Part shown: positions 35,924 to 45,036 of the stretch, one piece after another | How the letters are laid out: every line of letters starts with the position of its first letter | Position numbering within the stretch: the first letter of the stretch is position 1 | Source of the DNA: an uncultured Phycisphaeraceae bacterium | GTDB taxonomy: Bacteria > Planctomycetota > Phycisphaerae > UBA1845 | DNA: 64,000 bases | Assembly: GCA_964494205.1 (NCBI GenBank) | Contig: CAZBRD010000012.1 | Span: 49,086-113,085, forward strand | Direction of reading: 5' to 3' | The notes under the pieces: generated by a model | The model's input: the letters and a program-made list of their open reading frames with translations, nothing else | Told to the model about the DNA's origin: nothing | Databases searched by the model: none | Translations under genes and position numbers: made by a program

Positions 35924-36787
35924 TCAGGCACCTAGTGCTCTCACTCGCTCCAACAGTTCCTTCAACGGCGGCTTTGTGCCCTTGTTGTTAGAACGAATGG
36001 GACTTGGAACGCTTTCATGCAGTGCAACGTCCAGTGTCGTGTCCGTTGATTCCGCATACGAGTCGCGTTCCTTGTCGAACCATTTGCCGAATGCGCCAGC
36101 CGCAACTGGTCTTCGTTCACTCGCAGCCTCACTGATCGTCAGCTCTGAAACTTCGGTTGGGTCAGTGATCTCGCTCAGGGTTTCAACGCGATCGGGGGAG
36201 ACACCTATGAGCACAACTCTCCGGCCGCATTGTACGAGGGCTACGTGCTGCTTCGGCGTCAGTGCGGTGCGAGCGAGCACGCGAATGAGTTCAGATCGCT
36301 GTGGCGCACGAAGTGACGGAACGAGTTTTCGTACGCCGTAATAGGCTGCCCCGATCAGCGCGAGAACTACCGACAGCGAGAAGAGAGTGCTGCGATACCA
36401 CGGTCGCTGATCATTCACCTGCTGTGTGACGGTTTGTGGAACATCGCGTGCGCGCCGAACAAGTGTCGAACCCGCATGAGTCGGCGCTGGTTCTTGGGCG
36501 ATTTCGTTCAATTCGGGAACTGCTGGCGATGGTTGCGGTTCCTGTATTGGCGGCTGTTCAGTACTAGTAGGTGGAGGAGGAATCAAATTCGCCGCGACTT
36601 CGGCTTCGACGGCTATCGGTTGGTTAGACGCGATGGAGCCTGGGACGGCGTTCGTGTTCTTTGGGTCAGCCTCATCAGCGCGCACAGGACTAGCAAACGC
36701 GAGTGCGAGGAAAGTCATGCAAAGCGCCTTGTCGTTCAGCGTGCGGCTCATCAACGGAATTAGTTTGCCCAAAGTGCGTTTGATCAT
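35924..36787 (-). CDS. fliO: FliO/FliZ-like flagellar biosynthesis protein, unusually long (287 aa)
   Basis: Position between fliN and fliP. Single TM (LFSLSVVLALIGAAYYGV), then a FliO-type segment LIRVLARTALTPKQHVALVQCGRRVVLIGVSPDRV. Confidence 0.55.
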   Translation of the reverse strand: MIKRTLGKLIPLMSRTLNDKALCMTFLALAFASPVRADEADPKNTNAVPGSIASNQPIAVEAEVAANLIPPPPTSTEQPPIQEPQPSPAVPELNEIAQEPAPTHAGSTLVRRARDVPQTVTQQVNDQRPWYRSTLFSLSVVLALIGAAYYGVRKLVPSLRAPQRSELIRVLARTALTPKQHVALVQCGRRVVLIGVSPDRVETLSEITDPTEVSELTISEAASERRPVAAGAFGKWFDKERDSYAESTDTTLDVALHESVPSPIRSNNKGTKPPLKELLERVRALGA

Positions 36788-37422
36788 GTGGCCACCCTGT
36801 GCGGATCGGGGGTGAACACTTCGCTCACGCGGACGCAGAAGCTGTCATTGAGCACGAGCACTTCGCCGCGAGCGAGCAGGCGGTCGTTGACGTAAACGTC
36901 GACCGGATCGCCGGCGAGTTTTTCGAGTTCGACGATGGAGCCTTCGCCGAGTTTGAGAACGTCTTCGACGAGCATGTGTGTGCGACCGAGCTCCACGCGA
37001 ACGCGAAGGTTGACGTCGTGCAACATGCTGACGCGATGCGGTTCAACGCCTTGGCCATCACCGGCGAAATCGGGAAGGGCAAATGGTTTGGTTTCAAAAC
37101 CGGCTGGACGCGAGGCCGCATCGGCAGCGCTTTCCTCATCTATCGCAGCCTGCATAGCGGCGGCCATGTCGTCGAACGGGCGACCGAGAGAATCGACTCG
37201 GTCGTCGGGAGCTGCAGCGCCCGCTGAATCGGCGGCAGCTCCGCCCAACATCTCGTCTATGTCTGATTGACTGAATTCTCCCGGAGTTGAGCCGGCGGGA
37301 TCCTGCGTGGCGGCTTGGCCGCCCGATGCGTCCTTTAAGAGCGCATCGATTTCGGCCTGGTCGAAACCAACCGCGGCACCGCCGCCGGATGAAGGAGTGC
37401 CTTGATTTCCTTTATCAGCCAT
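36784..37422 (-). CDS. fliN: Flagellar motor switch protein FliN with an extended N-terminus carrying two EIDALL-type motifs
   Basis: C-terminal SpoA/FliN domain (VNLRVRVELGRTHMLVEDVLKLGEGSIVELEKLAGDPVDVYVNDRLLARGEVLV). N-terminal FDQAEIDALL and FSQSDIDEML. Confidence 0.85.
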   Translation of the reverse strand: MADKGNQGTPSSGGGAAVGFDQAEIDALLKDASGGQAATQDPAGSTPGEFSQSDIDEMLGGAAADSAGAAAPDDRVDSLGRPFDDMAAAMQAAIDEESAADAASRPAGFETKPFALPDFAGDGQGVEPHRVSMLHDVNLRVRVELGRTHMLVEDVLKLGEGSIVELEKLAGDPVDVYVNDRLLARGEVLVLNDSFCVRVSEVFTPDPHRVAT

Positions 37423-37627
37423 CGGTCACATCCATGCGACCCGGAAGGCGAAATCGAGCGAAAAGAACGTCACTTCGATCGCACTTCCAGCTACTGATTC
37501 TCACAGGCAGTTGATGCGCCGCATCGGCGGTTTTCAGCACCTGTGAAATCCGAATGCGCGGTGACCTACTCACCGCGTCTCGTATATATCGGTGATGACC
37601 CCTTGAATGCGACACCGAATTGATCGA

Positions 37628-38395
37628 TCAGTCGTGCAGCAATTCTGGAATTAGTATATCTCTGATTAACTCGGGGTCGCCCAAGACCTGACTCAGTTCG
37701 TATTTGAGCTGGCGCTTGACGGTCTCTAACCCTGGTTCATCCAACAGCTTAGGCTCCGCATTGCGAATGACGGAACAGACTCGCTCATGCAGACGGCTTT
37801 TTCTCTGAGCGATAAGCGTCTTCAGTTGCTCGGACTTGGCGGCTGTCACTAGGCACGAAACCTTGATCCGAACGATCATCGACCGACCGGAGCGCACATT
37901 ATGCAGGCGACTGTCTGCGATTTCGATTTCCGACATGCCGTCCATCGGTGGCGGCGGAGGCATGGCGCCATCTTTGGCAGCCGGCTCTGAACCGTGACCG
38001 CCACCGTGATCGCCACCTCCACCGTGGTCGTCTTTCGGCTTGGCGCCATGGTCATCTTTTGGTTTGCCGGCGTGATCGTCTTTCGGTTTCTCCGCGGATG
38101 CGCCATGTGCATCTTTGCCGGGGTCCTTGTCTTTGGCGTGTTCATCGGGCTTCGCGCCGTGTTTGTCGGCATGTTTGTCGCTTGCGTGATCATCAGTGAG
38201 GGCGCTCTCTTCAGATGCGGCGGCTGATTCCGGTTTCGCGGAGAGCATGTTGGTGACGTAGAAGACGCCCGCACCTTCGACCGCCATGAGGCCGCCGATG
38301 ACCATGAGGAGCTTCATCTTCCCCTTCTTCTTTGGTTTTTCGTCAGCCGCCGGTGCGGCTGGGGCTGCGTTTTCCGGTGCCTTCTTGTCTGCCAT
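37628..38395 (-). CDS. fliL: Flagellar basal-body-associated protein FliL with a His/Asp/Lys-rich insert
   Basis: N-terminal TM. C-terminal FliL-type domain (MIVRIKVSCLV...LLDEPGLETVKRQLKYELSQVLG). Position after flgE. Confidence 0.65.
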   Translation of the reverse strand: MADKKAPENAAPAAPAADEKPKKKGKMKLLMVIGGLMAVEGAGVFYVTNMLSAKPESAAASEESALTDDHASDKHADKHGAKPDEHAKDKDPGKDAHGASAEKPKDDHAGKPKDDHGAKPKDDHGGGGDHGGGHGSEPAAKDGAMPPPPPMDGMSEIEIADSRLHNVRSGRSMIVRIKVSCLVTAAKSEQLKTLIAQRKSRLHERVCSVIRNAEPKLLDEPGLETVKRQLKYELSQVLGDPELIRDILIPELLHD

Positions 38396-38477
38396 GTGTC
38401 ATTACCTCAGGAATTAGCATCAAATCTGCGTTCGACATGCTTGATGAACTAAGTGGCCGTCGAAGAAGAATGGAAGA

Positions 38478-38499
38478 CATGCCCACCAGCGTGGGCATG
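38478..38499. repeat. REP-E palindrome
   Basis: CATGCCCAC-CAGC-GTGGGCATG, in the flgE-fliL spacer. Confidence 0.8.
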
Positions 38500-38708
38500 C
38501 CCCCATAACGAGGGCATAGCACGTCAAACGATTACTCGCGATCTGAATAAACCATCGGATATCGAAGGACGGTCGCGAAGCATTTTGTGGCGGGAGCGGC
38601 GTTGGCGGTCCCATATCAGCACTGACAAGGGCCGATGGTGTGCGCGTTTAAGGGAACCTGAGCGTATTTCGCGAGAAAAACGCGATGCCCATGCCTACGT
38701 CGAGATTA

Positions 38709-40403
38709 TCACACCAACTCGAGCAACTGCTGGAGCATGTCGTCGGCTGAGCGAACCACGCGGCTGGCGGCGGAGATGCCGGTTGAGGCTGTGATCAGGT
38801 TGACGAACTCGCGGGCGATTTCGACGTTTCCGGATTCCAATGCTCCTGAGACCACCGATCCCGCGATGCCGGATTCGGGGGCGATGATGTTCGGATCGCC
38901 TGAGTTCGGGCCAGCCACGAACGTGTTTTCACTGAGGGCGAGTAGGCCTTCGTTGTTAGTAAAGGTCGCGAGAGCGACCTGGCCGAGGACCTGCGTGCGC
39001 TGGTTTGAATAGGTGCCGGTCACGATGCCGTTTCGGTCGATCGTGTAACCATTCATGATGCCGGCTGGGGCGCCGTCCTGCGTGTCCATGATGAGTTCAG
39101 AGCTTCCATCGGGACTCGTCAGACCGGTGAGTTGGCTGAAGTCGATGGTGAACGCGAGCGGTGTTCCGGAACCAGTGCCCGCGCGATCGATGGCGACATC
39201 GGTGCCAGTGGCTGACACAAATTGGCCGTTGGTGTCGAAGCTGACCGTGCCCGAGCCGAGTAGCGGCGACGGATCGGTGTCGTTGGGTGATTCAGCGTAA
39301 TACCGCCATGTCGTGCCCGATTCCGAGGCAGATTCCATCGACATGCGCAGGCGCACTTCGAGCGGTGCGCCAAGCGAATCATACACGCTGAAACTGGTGG
39401 TGATGCCTTCGCCGGTGGCTGGCGTCGTTTCGGAAAAATTGAAGCCGCTGGGCACGACGCCGGTTGTGTTGACGATGGAACTCGCGTCGAGACCGATGGC
39501 GTTCACTTCACCCGCGTTCGAATGCACAACGATGGAACCGGCGGGACCGTTGGAGCCATCCGAGATCGTGATGCCAGCCATACCGCTGGGATCGTTCTGC
39601 GTGTCGATCGCGAGCCAATCCTGCATGTGGCTGGCCAGGTCGCCGAGCGTGTTTCCATCGGTGCCGACGACAAACGTCGATGACGGAACCGTCAAACCGC
39701 CGCGCGTGGCGTTCAGTTGAATGACATCGCCGGACGCGTAAAGCGGGAGGTTCTGGCTGTTCACCAGATCACTTAGTTGCGTGTTGGCCGTTGCTGCGTT
39801 GCCGCCCGAAGTCAATGCGGGCGTGGATGTCACGACTGCGCCTGTGCCTGCGACATTCGACGAAGCATCGAGTCGACCATCCATTTCGACGCGCGTGGTC
39901 GCGATAGCTTGGCTCGCGGAGCCGAGAGGAATCGTCAGGTCTGAAAGCGTGCTTGTGTCGATCACACCCGCCGGGTCAGCGGGAAAAACCTGAACGGTGG
40001 CTTCGTTGTTGTTCACGAGCACCTGTTCGGCATCGAGATGGAACGCGCCGTCACGCGTGAACGCCTGATCGCCGTTGGGTCGTTCGATGATGAAGAATCC
40101 TTCGCCTTCGACAGCCAAATCGGACTGGAAGCCGGTCGACTCCAATTCGCCCTGACGGAAGCTGCGTTGAATCGCGCCGACAGTAGAGCCGGTGCCGACT
40201 TGTCGGGGGAGAGTGCCGCCGCTGGTGTCGGACGGACCCTCGCCTTCGCTGATCGTCTTGTAGAGAAGCGTTTCGAAAAGCGTGCGCTGGCCCTTGAAGG
40301 CTGTGGTGTTCAGGTTGGCGAGGTTATCGCCGACGGTGTCGACGGCGGTGCCGTTACTCTTGATGCCGGTGAACCCGGTCAGCATGGCGTCGGTTAGTGA
40401 CAT
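38709..40403 (-). CDS. flgE: Flagellar hook protein FlgE
   Basis: Flg_bb_rod N-terminus (VDTVGDNLANLNTTAFKG) and a conserved C-terminal helix (LESGNVEIAREFVNLITA). Confidence 0.9.
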   Translation of the reverse strand: MSLTDAMLTGFTGIKSNGTAVDTVGDNLANLNTTAFKGQRTLFETLLYKTISEGEGPSDTSGGTLPRQVGTGSTVGAIQRSFRQGELESTGFQSDLAVEGEGFFIIERPNGDQAFTRDGAFHLDAEQVLVNNNEATVQVFPADPAGVIDTSTLSDLTIPLGSASQAIATTRVEMDGRLDASSNVAGTGAVVTSTPALTSGGNAATANTQLSDLVNSQNLPLYASGDVIQLNATRGGLTVPSSTFVVGTDGNTLGDLASHMQDWLAIDTQNDPSGMAGITISDGSNGPAGSIVVHSNAGEVNAIGLDASSIVNTTGVVPSGFNFSETTPATGEGITTSFSVYDSLGAPLEVRLRMSMESASESGTTWRYYAESPNDTDPSPLLGSGTVSFDTNGQFVSATGTDVAIDRAGTGSGTPLAFTIDFSQLTGLTSPDGSSELIMDTQDGAPAGIMNGYTIDRNGIVTGTYSNQRTQVLGQVALATFTNNEGLLALSENTFVAGPNSGDPNIIAPESGIAGSVVSGALESGNVEIAREFVNLITASTGISAASRVVRSADDMLQQLLELV

Positions 40404-40472
40404 AGTGTGACCCTTTTTCTTGATCCTGATTCGATTCGAGCAGACGTCGGCTTGATCGTGTCACTCGCTACT

Positions 40473-40505
40473 CCACGGCCAAGCTGCGGCTTGACCGTGC
40501 CACCC
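40473..40505 (-). repeat. REP-A palindromic repeat (inverted orientation)
   Basis: CCACGGCCAAGCTGCGGCTTGACCGTGCCACCC, in the flgD-flgE spacer. Confidence 0.9.
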
Positions 40506-40511
40506 AGCTCG

Positions 40512-41117
40512 TTAGCTCACGGCTTCCACGATGCTCGTCATGTCTTTGAATCGCAGGCTGTGCCCGGTGTCGAGCTCGAGCGAAATGTCGCCGTTTGATT
40601 CGGTCTTCACGCCGGCAACGACGCCTTCGACTTCCTGAATGTTTTTCGGATCGCGGCGATCGGTGCCACGCACGGTCGCACCGACGAGTGCTTCGGCTGC
40701 CTGTCGCGCGGGAACGACAGTGCTGATGTTAGCCAGCGGCGTTTCGGCACCGTTGGACAAAATGAGAATCGGCTGAGCACCGGTGTCGAAGCGAACGCCG
40801 ACGACCACACCGCTTTGCGTCAGACCGTCGTCGCCGGGTTGCGACGTGACGTATTGGCCGATGAGCGATGAGGCGGAGCCGATGTTCTGCTGGCCGGTGA
40901 GCGAGCGGAGCGAATCGGTCAACTGCGTGTTCAATTCGATGTCGCGGATCGAGGAGATTTGCTTAAGCAGTTCCTCGTTGCCGGTCGGCTCGAAGGGATC
41001 CTGATTGTTGATCTGAGAGATGAGCAGCTTGAAGAAATCTTCGCTCTTGAGGTCTGCGAAACCGGACGGTTGAGCTGTCGCGGTGACGTTTGAATTCGGT
41101 TGAACGGCGATAGCCAT
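40512..41117 (-). CDS. flgD: Flagellar hook capping/assembly protein FlgD
   Basis: FFKLLISQINNQDPFEP motif. Position upstream of flgE. Confidence 0.85.
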   Translation of the reverse strand: MAIAVQPNSNVTATAQPSGFADLKSEDFFKLLISQINNQDPFEPTGNEELLKQISSIRDIELNTQLTDSLRSLTGQQNIGSASSLIGQYVTSQPGDDGLTQSGVVVGVRFDTGAQPILILSNGAETPLANISTVVPARQAAEALVGATVRGTDRRDPKNIQEVEGVVAGVKTESNGDISLELDTGHSLRFKDMTSIVEAVS

Positions 41118-41131
41118 AAACGATTCCTTTC

Positions 41132-42412
41132 TTAATTGGCGGCGGCGAAGAGTTCGTGTGCGTCATGCGACGCGCGATCGCTCGCGTTTCGAGCGTGCCG
41201 CTTGGTTGAGTATTTTGAATCCGTTCGATTCGATGCAGATTGATTCGTAGAATTTCGCGAGAGGGAAATCTGTCGTTGATTCTGCGTAGCGATCGATTCG
41301 TCGAGCGGTGTTATGGACTTCGTAACGAGAACACTGACATCGTCGAGCTTGATGCCTTGATTGTGGAGGGCAGTTTTCAAGTCGGCCAGCTTGGAAGTGA
41401 GCAGTTCCTTGGCTTCTTCATTCGTGGTCTGAACCTCCATGCGGAGCTGGTCGCCTTCCATTCTGATGTCGACACGCATCGGGCCAAGACGCGGCGGATC
41501 GAGTTCGATTTGGGCTGATGAAGATTGGGCGTCGTGGCGAACGCGCATCGAACGAACGAGCTGGTTGAAGATGGCTCGGGACGACGTTTCGAGCTCGGGC
41601 TCGTCCTCGATTTGTGGTTGTGCATGCTGGGTTTCTAGCGCAGCCGATTTCGTAGCTTCTCCAAGAGGATTGGATGAGGAACGCGTCGGAGATGCGATGA
41701 TCAGCTTGTCTGCGGAGACGCCGGATACTTCCTGTTTCATCTGCGATTTGAGCCATTGGCCTAAGTCTTCGGCGAGGTTTGTCGTGCTGGAAGTTGGTGT
41801 CTTTGCTGCGTCCAAAGATGGCACATTGGTAGATTGTGCGACGCTTGAACTTGCGCCGTTTGTGAATCGACGGTCATTCGATCCCCCTAATTCCGAGTCG
41901 CGCGGTGATGTTTGCTTGCTTCTCGGCTGTGCGTTTTCGATCGCTGCACGACTTGAATAGGTGTCATCCAAATGGTTTTGAGCGTCATTGCCGGGAGCCT
42001 GCTCTGGATTGCTTGCAGCCGATTGCCTAGCGGTCGAGTCGAAAAGGTTCGATGGTGTCTCTCTTGAATGCAGATCGACGCGAGAGCGATCGTTCACAAA
42101 CCGTTGCGTGTTTTGAGAGGCGGTTTCGTTTTCGTTTTCGTTGCTACTTGGCTGATCGCCATTTTGCTTGATCGAATCGGGATTGCGTGAAGCGACATCA
42201 GTCGGCTTTTCAAACATCTGTTGTGGGGAAACGTTCTCACGCTGTTGCAGCTTGGCTCGCATTTGCTGACGTGATTCGTCGAGAAAGTTGGCAAATGAGC
42301 CTTGCACGCTAGCCCGCTTTGCATTTCGCGCGGATTCTGGAGCAATGGCCGGGGCAACCAGCGGCGACGGCTGCGATTGCTGCGCGAGAATAGTCTGCGG
42401 AATCACGCTCAT
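41132..42412 (-). CDS. fliK: Flagellar hook-length control protein FliK
   Basis: Low-complexity Ser/Gln-rich N-terminal part. C-terminal Flg_hook domain (IELDPPRLGPMRVDIRMEGDQLRMEVQTTNEEAKELL). Confidence 0.7.
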   Translation of the reverse strand: MSVIPQTILAQQSQPSPLVAPAIAPESARNAKRASVQGSFANFLDESRQQMRAKLQQRENVSPQQMFEKPTDVASRNPDSIKQNGDQPSSNENENETASQNTQRFVNDRSRVDLHSRETPSNLFDSTARQSAASNPEQAPGNDAQNHLDDTYSSRAAIENAQPRSKQTSPRDSELGGSNDRRFTNGASSSVAQSTNVPSLDAAKTPTSSTTNLAEDLGQWLKSQMKQEVSGVSADKLIIASPTRSSSNPLGEATKSAALETQHAQPQIEDEPELETSSRAIFNQLVRSMRVRHDAQSSSAQIELDPPRLGPMRVDIRMEGDQLRMEVQTTNEEAKELLTSKLADLKTALHNQGIKLDDVSVLVTKSITPLDESIATQNQRQISLSRNSTNQSASNRTDSKYSTKRHARNASDRASHDAHELFAAAN

Positions 42413-43104
42413 GGCGATTCTCCTTTCGGCACAGACTTTTGAGGATCGCTGGCGGCCACGTCCCGGACGCGCTGCATGATTTCCTGCATTTTTTGCATCT
42501 GGGCTGATGTCTTGGCGGATTCGACGATCTTGTTGGCTTTGCGCGTCTCGAGTGAGGAAAGAACCAATGCAGCCTCGTCGATGTCTTTGAGGCCAAGCAG
42601 GTGCTCCATCGCGACCTTCGGATTCAGGCCATCAAAGAGTTCGATCTGTTTGCGGAAACCTTCGGAATCGCGCGACGCGTCGGCGGTGCGTTTCGAGGCA
42701 GCCTCCTTTTCGCGCATGAACGATTCTCGATCCTTTTGCAGTTCATCGCGCTGGGTCGTGATATTAAGTAGCGCGCCGTGCGTGAGTGCGCGTCTTTGCT
42801 CTAACTCGGTGGCGATGCGTTCGGCTTCGCGGCGAAGGACTTCGAGGTCTTCAGGCGATTGCACGACGGGAACGACGACCGACTTCTCGGGAGCCATCGT
42901 CGACGAATTTTCTGTCTTGCCAGTCGGCGCATCCGGCATTGTTTTCTTCGGCTTATCCTCTTCGCCGCGCAGGACGGAGGCGATCCGCTGAGCACGGGCC
43001 TTCGTGAGCGTGCCGTTGGCGACGAACACACCGACCGCCCCAACGAGGGCTGTCATGTGTACAACCGCGAGAACAGCCGCCAAGTTGTAAATTCGACGAA
43101 CCAT
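42409..43104 (-). CDS. MotE/YlxF-like protein (MgtE-N-type helical domain)
   Basis: N-terminal TM, a coiled-coil, then LFDGLNPKVAMEHLLGL...ETRKANKIVE. It occupies the ylxF slot between fliJ and fliK, as in the Bacillus fla/che operon. Confidence 0.55.
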   Translation of the reverse strand: MVRRIYNLAAVLAVVHMTALVGAVGVFVANGTLTKARAQRIASVLRGEEDKPKKTMPDAPTGKTENSSTMAPEKSVVVPVVQSPEDLEVLRREAERIATELEQRRALTHGALLNITTQRDELQKDRESFMREKEAASKRTADASRDSEGFRKQIELFDGLNPKVAMEHLLGLKDIDEAALVLSSLETRKANKIVESAKTSAQMQKMQEIMQRVRDVAASDPQKSVPKGESP

Positions 43105-43144
43105 GAATCTATCCGTGCATCAACCTTTTCGCTGAACTCTCGCC

Positions 43145-43654
43145 CTACTCGCGCCCTGTCGAAGGAACGATGGACGCTCGACTCAAACCGGAAGCCGCTT
43201 TCGCAGTCTTCGAAGTACGCAGATGGCGCTGTACGGCCATTTCATCGGAAATCGACTGCTCGCGACGGCGCAAGTCGACTTGGTACTTGTTCCATTGTTT
43301 TTCGCGAAGCTTCTCAATGACCTTCAAATTCTTCGTAGCTTCTTCGAGTTTTGCGCGCTGGGTCTCAAGCCGCGCTACACATTGCTCGCGCTCGACGCCG
43401 AGTTCCTTCAATCGGCGTTGCAGAAAACCGCGGTGCAGCTGCTGCGAGCTGAGCGCCTGTGGGTCGATCTTTCCGACGCGGCGCGATTGTCGCTGCACTT
43501 CGGTGCTCTGCTCCAGATGAGCGGTGACATCTGCGATGACTTCGTCCATCTCCTGCAAGGCACGAATCGCGATTGCAACGTCGCGGCGGCAGGTATCCAT
43601 CGCCTGCTTGCGAAGGCGCTGAACGGCTTCAAGACGAAAACGAAAACCTGCCAT
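43145..43654 (-). CDS. fliJ: Flagellar export chaperone FliJ
   Basis: All-helical 169-aa protein starting MAGFRFRLEAVQRLRK. Directly downstream of fliI. Confidence 0.65.
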   Translation of the reverse strand: MAGFRFRLEAVQRLRKQAMDTCRRDVAIAIRALQEMDEVIADVTAHLEQSTEVQRQSRRVGKIDPQALSSQQLHRGFLQRRLKELGVEREQCVARLETQRAKLEEATKNLKVIEKLREKQWNKYQVDLRRREQSISDEMAVQRHLRTSKTAKAASGLSRASIVPSTGRE

Positions 43655-43665
43655 GACTTACTCTT

Positions 43666-45036
43666 TCAGTTCGCTCGCTTCACGGGTCGCGCGGCCTGTG
43701 CGGCCAATCGCTCGCGGCGAGTTTCGATCTCGCCGGCCAATTCGATCAAACGCTTCGACGACACTTCCCACGTTGCACGCTCTGCCACTTCCTGTCGCAA
43801 GAACGTATCGATCACTGGTTTCATCTGAACGGCCACGTCGAAGTCGACGTTTGCACCGGGAGCGTAGGCACCGACGTTGACCAAGTCTTCTATGTCGCGC
43901 CAGATCGCGATCACACGGCGCAGGGTGGCCGCTGCCTTGCGATGTTCGTTGCTCACCACGTCGGTCATCACTCGACTCACGCTCTCCAACACCGAGACCG
44001 CCGGATAGTGGCCGCGGTTCGCGAGGTCGCGCGATAGCCACACGTGACCGTCGAGGATGCCGCGAACGGCGTCGGAAATCGGTTCATTGATGTCGTCGCC
44101 TTCGACGAGGACGGTGTACAAGCCGGTGATGCTGCCGCGCTCGGTGCGACCGCTGCGCTCAAGTAATCGTGGGAGCATGCTGAAAACGCTGGGCGGATAG
44201 CCTTTGCTCGTGGGCGGCTCGCCGGCGGAGAGGCCGATCTGCCTTTGGGCCATGGCCATGCGAGTTGTGGAGTCCATGAGCAGGAGCACGTCCTTGCCCT
44301 GATCGCGAAAGTATTCGGCGACGGCGGTGGCGGTGAATGCAGCGCGAACGCGAAGCACCGGAGATTCATCCGATGTGCTGACGACAAGCACGCTTCGCTT
44401 AAGACCTTCTTCTCCGAGGTCTTTCTTAAGAAAATCACCTACTTCGCGGCCACGCTCGCCGATGAGTCCCACGACGATGACATCGGCTGAGGTGTACCGC
44501 GCGATCATGCCCATGAGCACGCTCTTGCCGACGCCGGTCCCTGCGAAGATGCCGAGTCGCTGGCCGCAACCGATTGTGTGCATCGAGTCGATTGATCGCA
44601 CACCAGTGGATAATGGTTCATCGATAGATGGTCGCGCGAGCGCGAGTGGTGCGTCGGCGAAGACCGGATAGTGTGATTCGATTGGAAAACTCTCGCGGCC
44701 GCCGATACAACGACCGAGGCCGTCGAGAATGCAGCCGAGCATTTTTCGACCGACGGGAACTTGTTCCTTTGAGGTCAAACTTGTGATGCGATTTCCAGCT
44801 CCCACGCCGAGCGGTTCCTGCAGCGTCATCAGGATTGATCGATCGCCCTGAACGCCAACGACTTGGGCGAGAATCGAGTCGCCGCCGCGCGTGTCGATTC
44901 GTCCCAATGAGCCGACAGGCAGCGGAAAACCCTCCGCGCCAATGGTCAATCCGGTCACTTCAGTGACACGGCCTGTCACTCGCAGGAAGGAGGCGCGGTC
45001 GATGGCGCGATCGGTCTGGACGAAGCGATCAAGCAT
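43666..45036 (-). CDS. fliI: Flagellum-specific ATPase FliI
   Basis: Walker A GIFAGTGVGKSVL and Walker B LLLMDSTTR. The start was trimmed to ATG 45036, which overlaps the fliH stop by 8 nt. Confidence 0.95.
   Translation of the reverse strand: MLDRFVQTDRAIDRASFLRVTGRVTEVTGLTIGAEGFPLPVGSLGRIDTRGGDSILAQVVGVQGDRSILMTLQEPLGVGAGNRITSLTSKEQVPVGRKMLGCILDGLGRCIGGRESFPIESHYPVFADAPLALARPSIDEPLSTGVRSIDSMHTIGCGQRLGIFAGTGVGKSVLMGMIARYTSADVIVVGLIGERGREVGDFLKKDLGEEGLKRSVLVVSTSDESPVLRVRAAFTATAVAEYFRDQGKDVLLLMDSTTRMAMAQRQIGLSAGEPPTSKGYPPSVFSMLPRLLERSGRTERGSITGLYTVLVEGDDINEPISDAVRGILDGHVWLSRDLANRGHYPAVSVLESVSRVMTDVVSNEHRKAAATLRRVIAIWRDIEDLVNVGAYAPGANVDFDVAVQMKPVIDTFLRQEVAERATWEVSSKRLIELAGEIETRRERLAAQAARPVKRAN

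Noticed and set aside
37585-37592. Minus-strand ACCGATAT about 165 nt upstream of fliN, considered as an internal sigma-28 promoter.
   Set aside because: The -35 region (TCGCATTC) matches poorly, and a single 7/8 -10 match is expected by chance in 64 kb.
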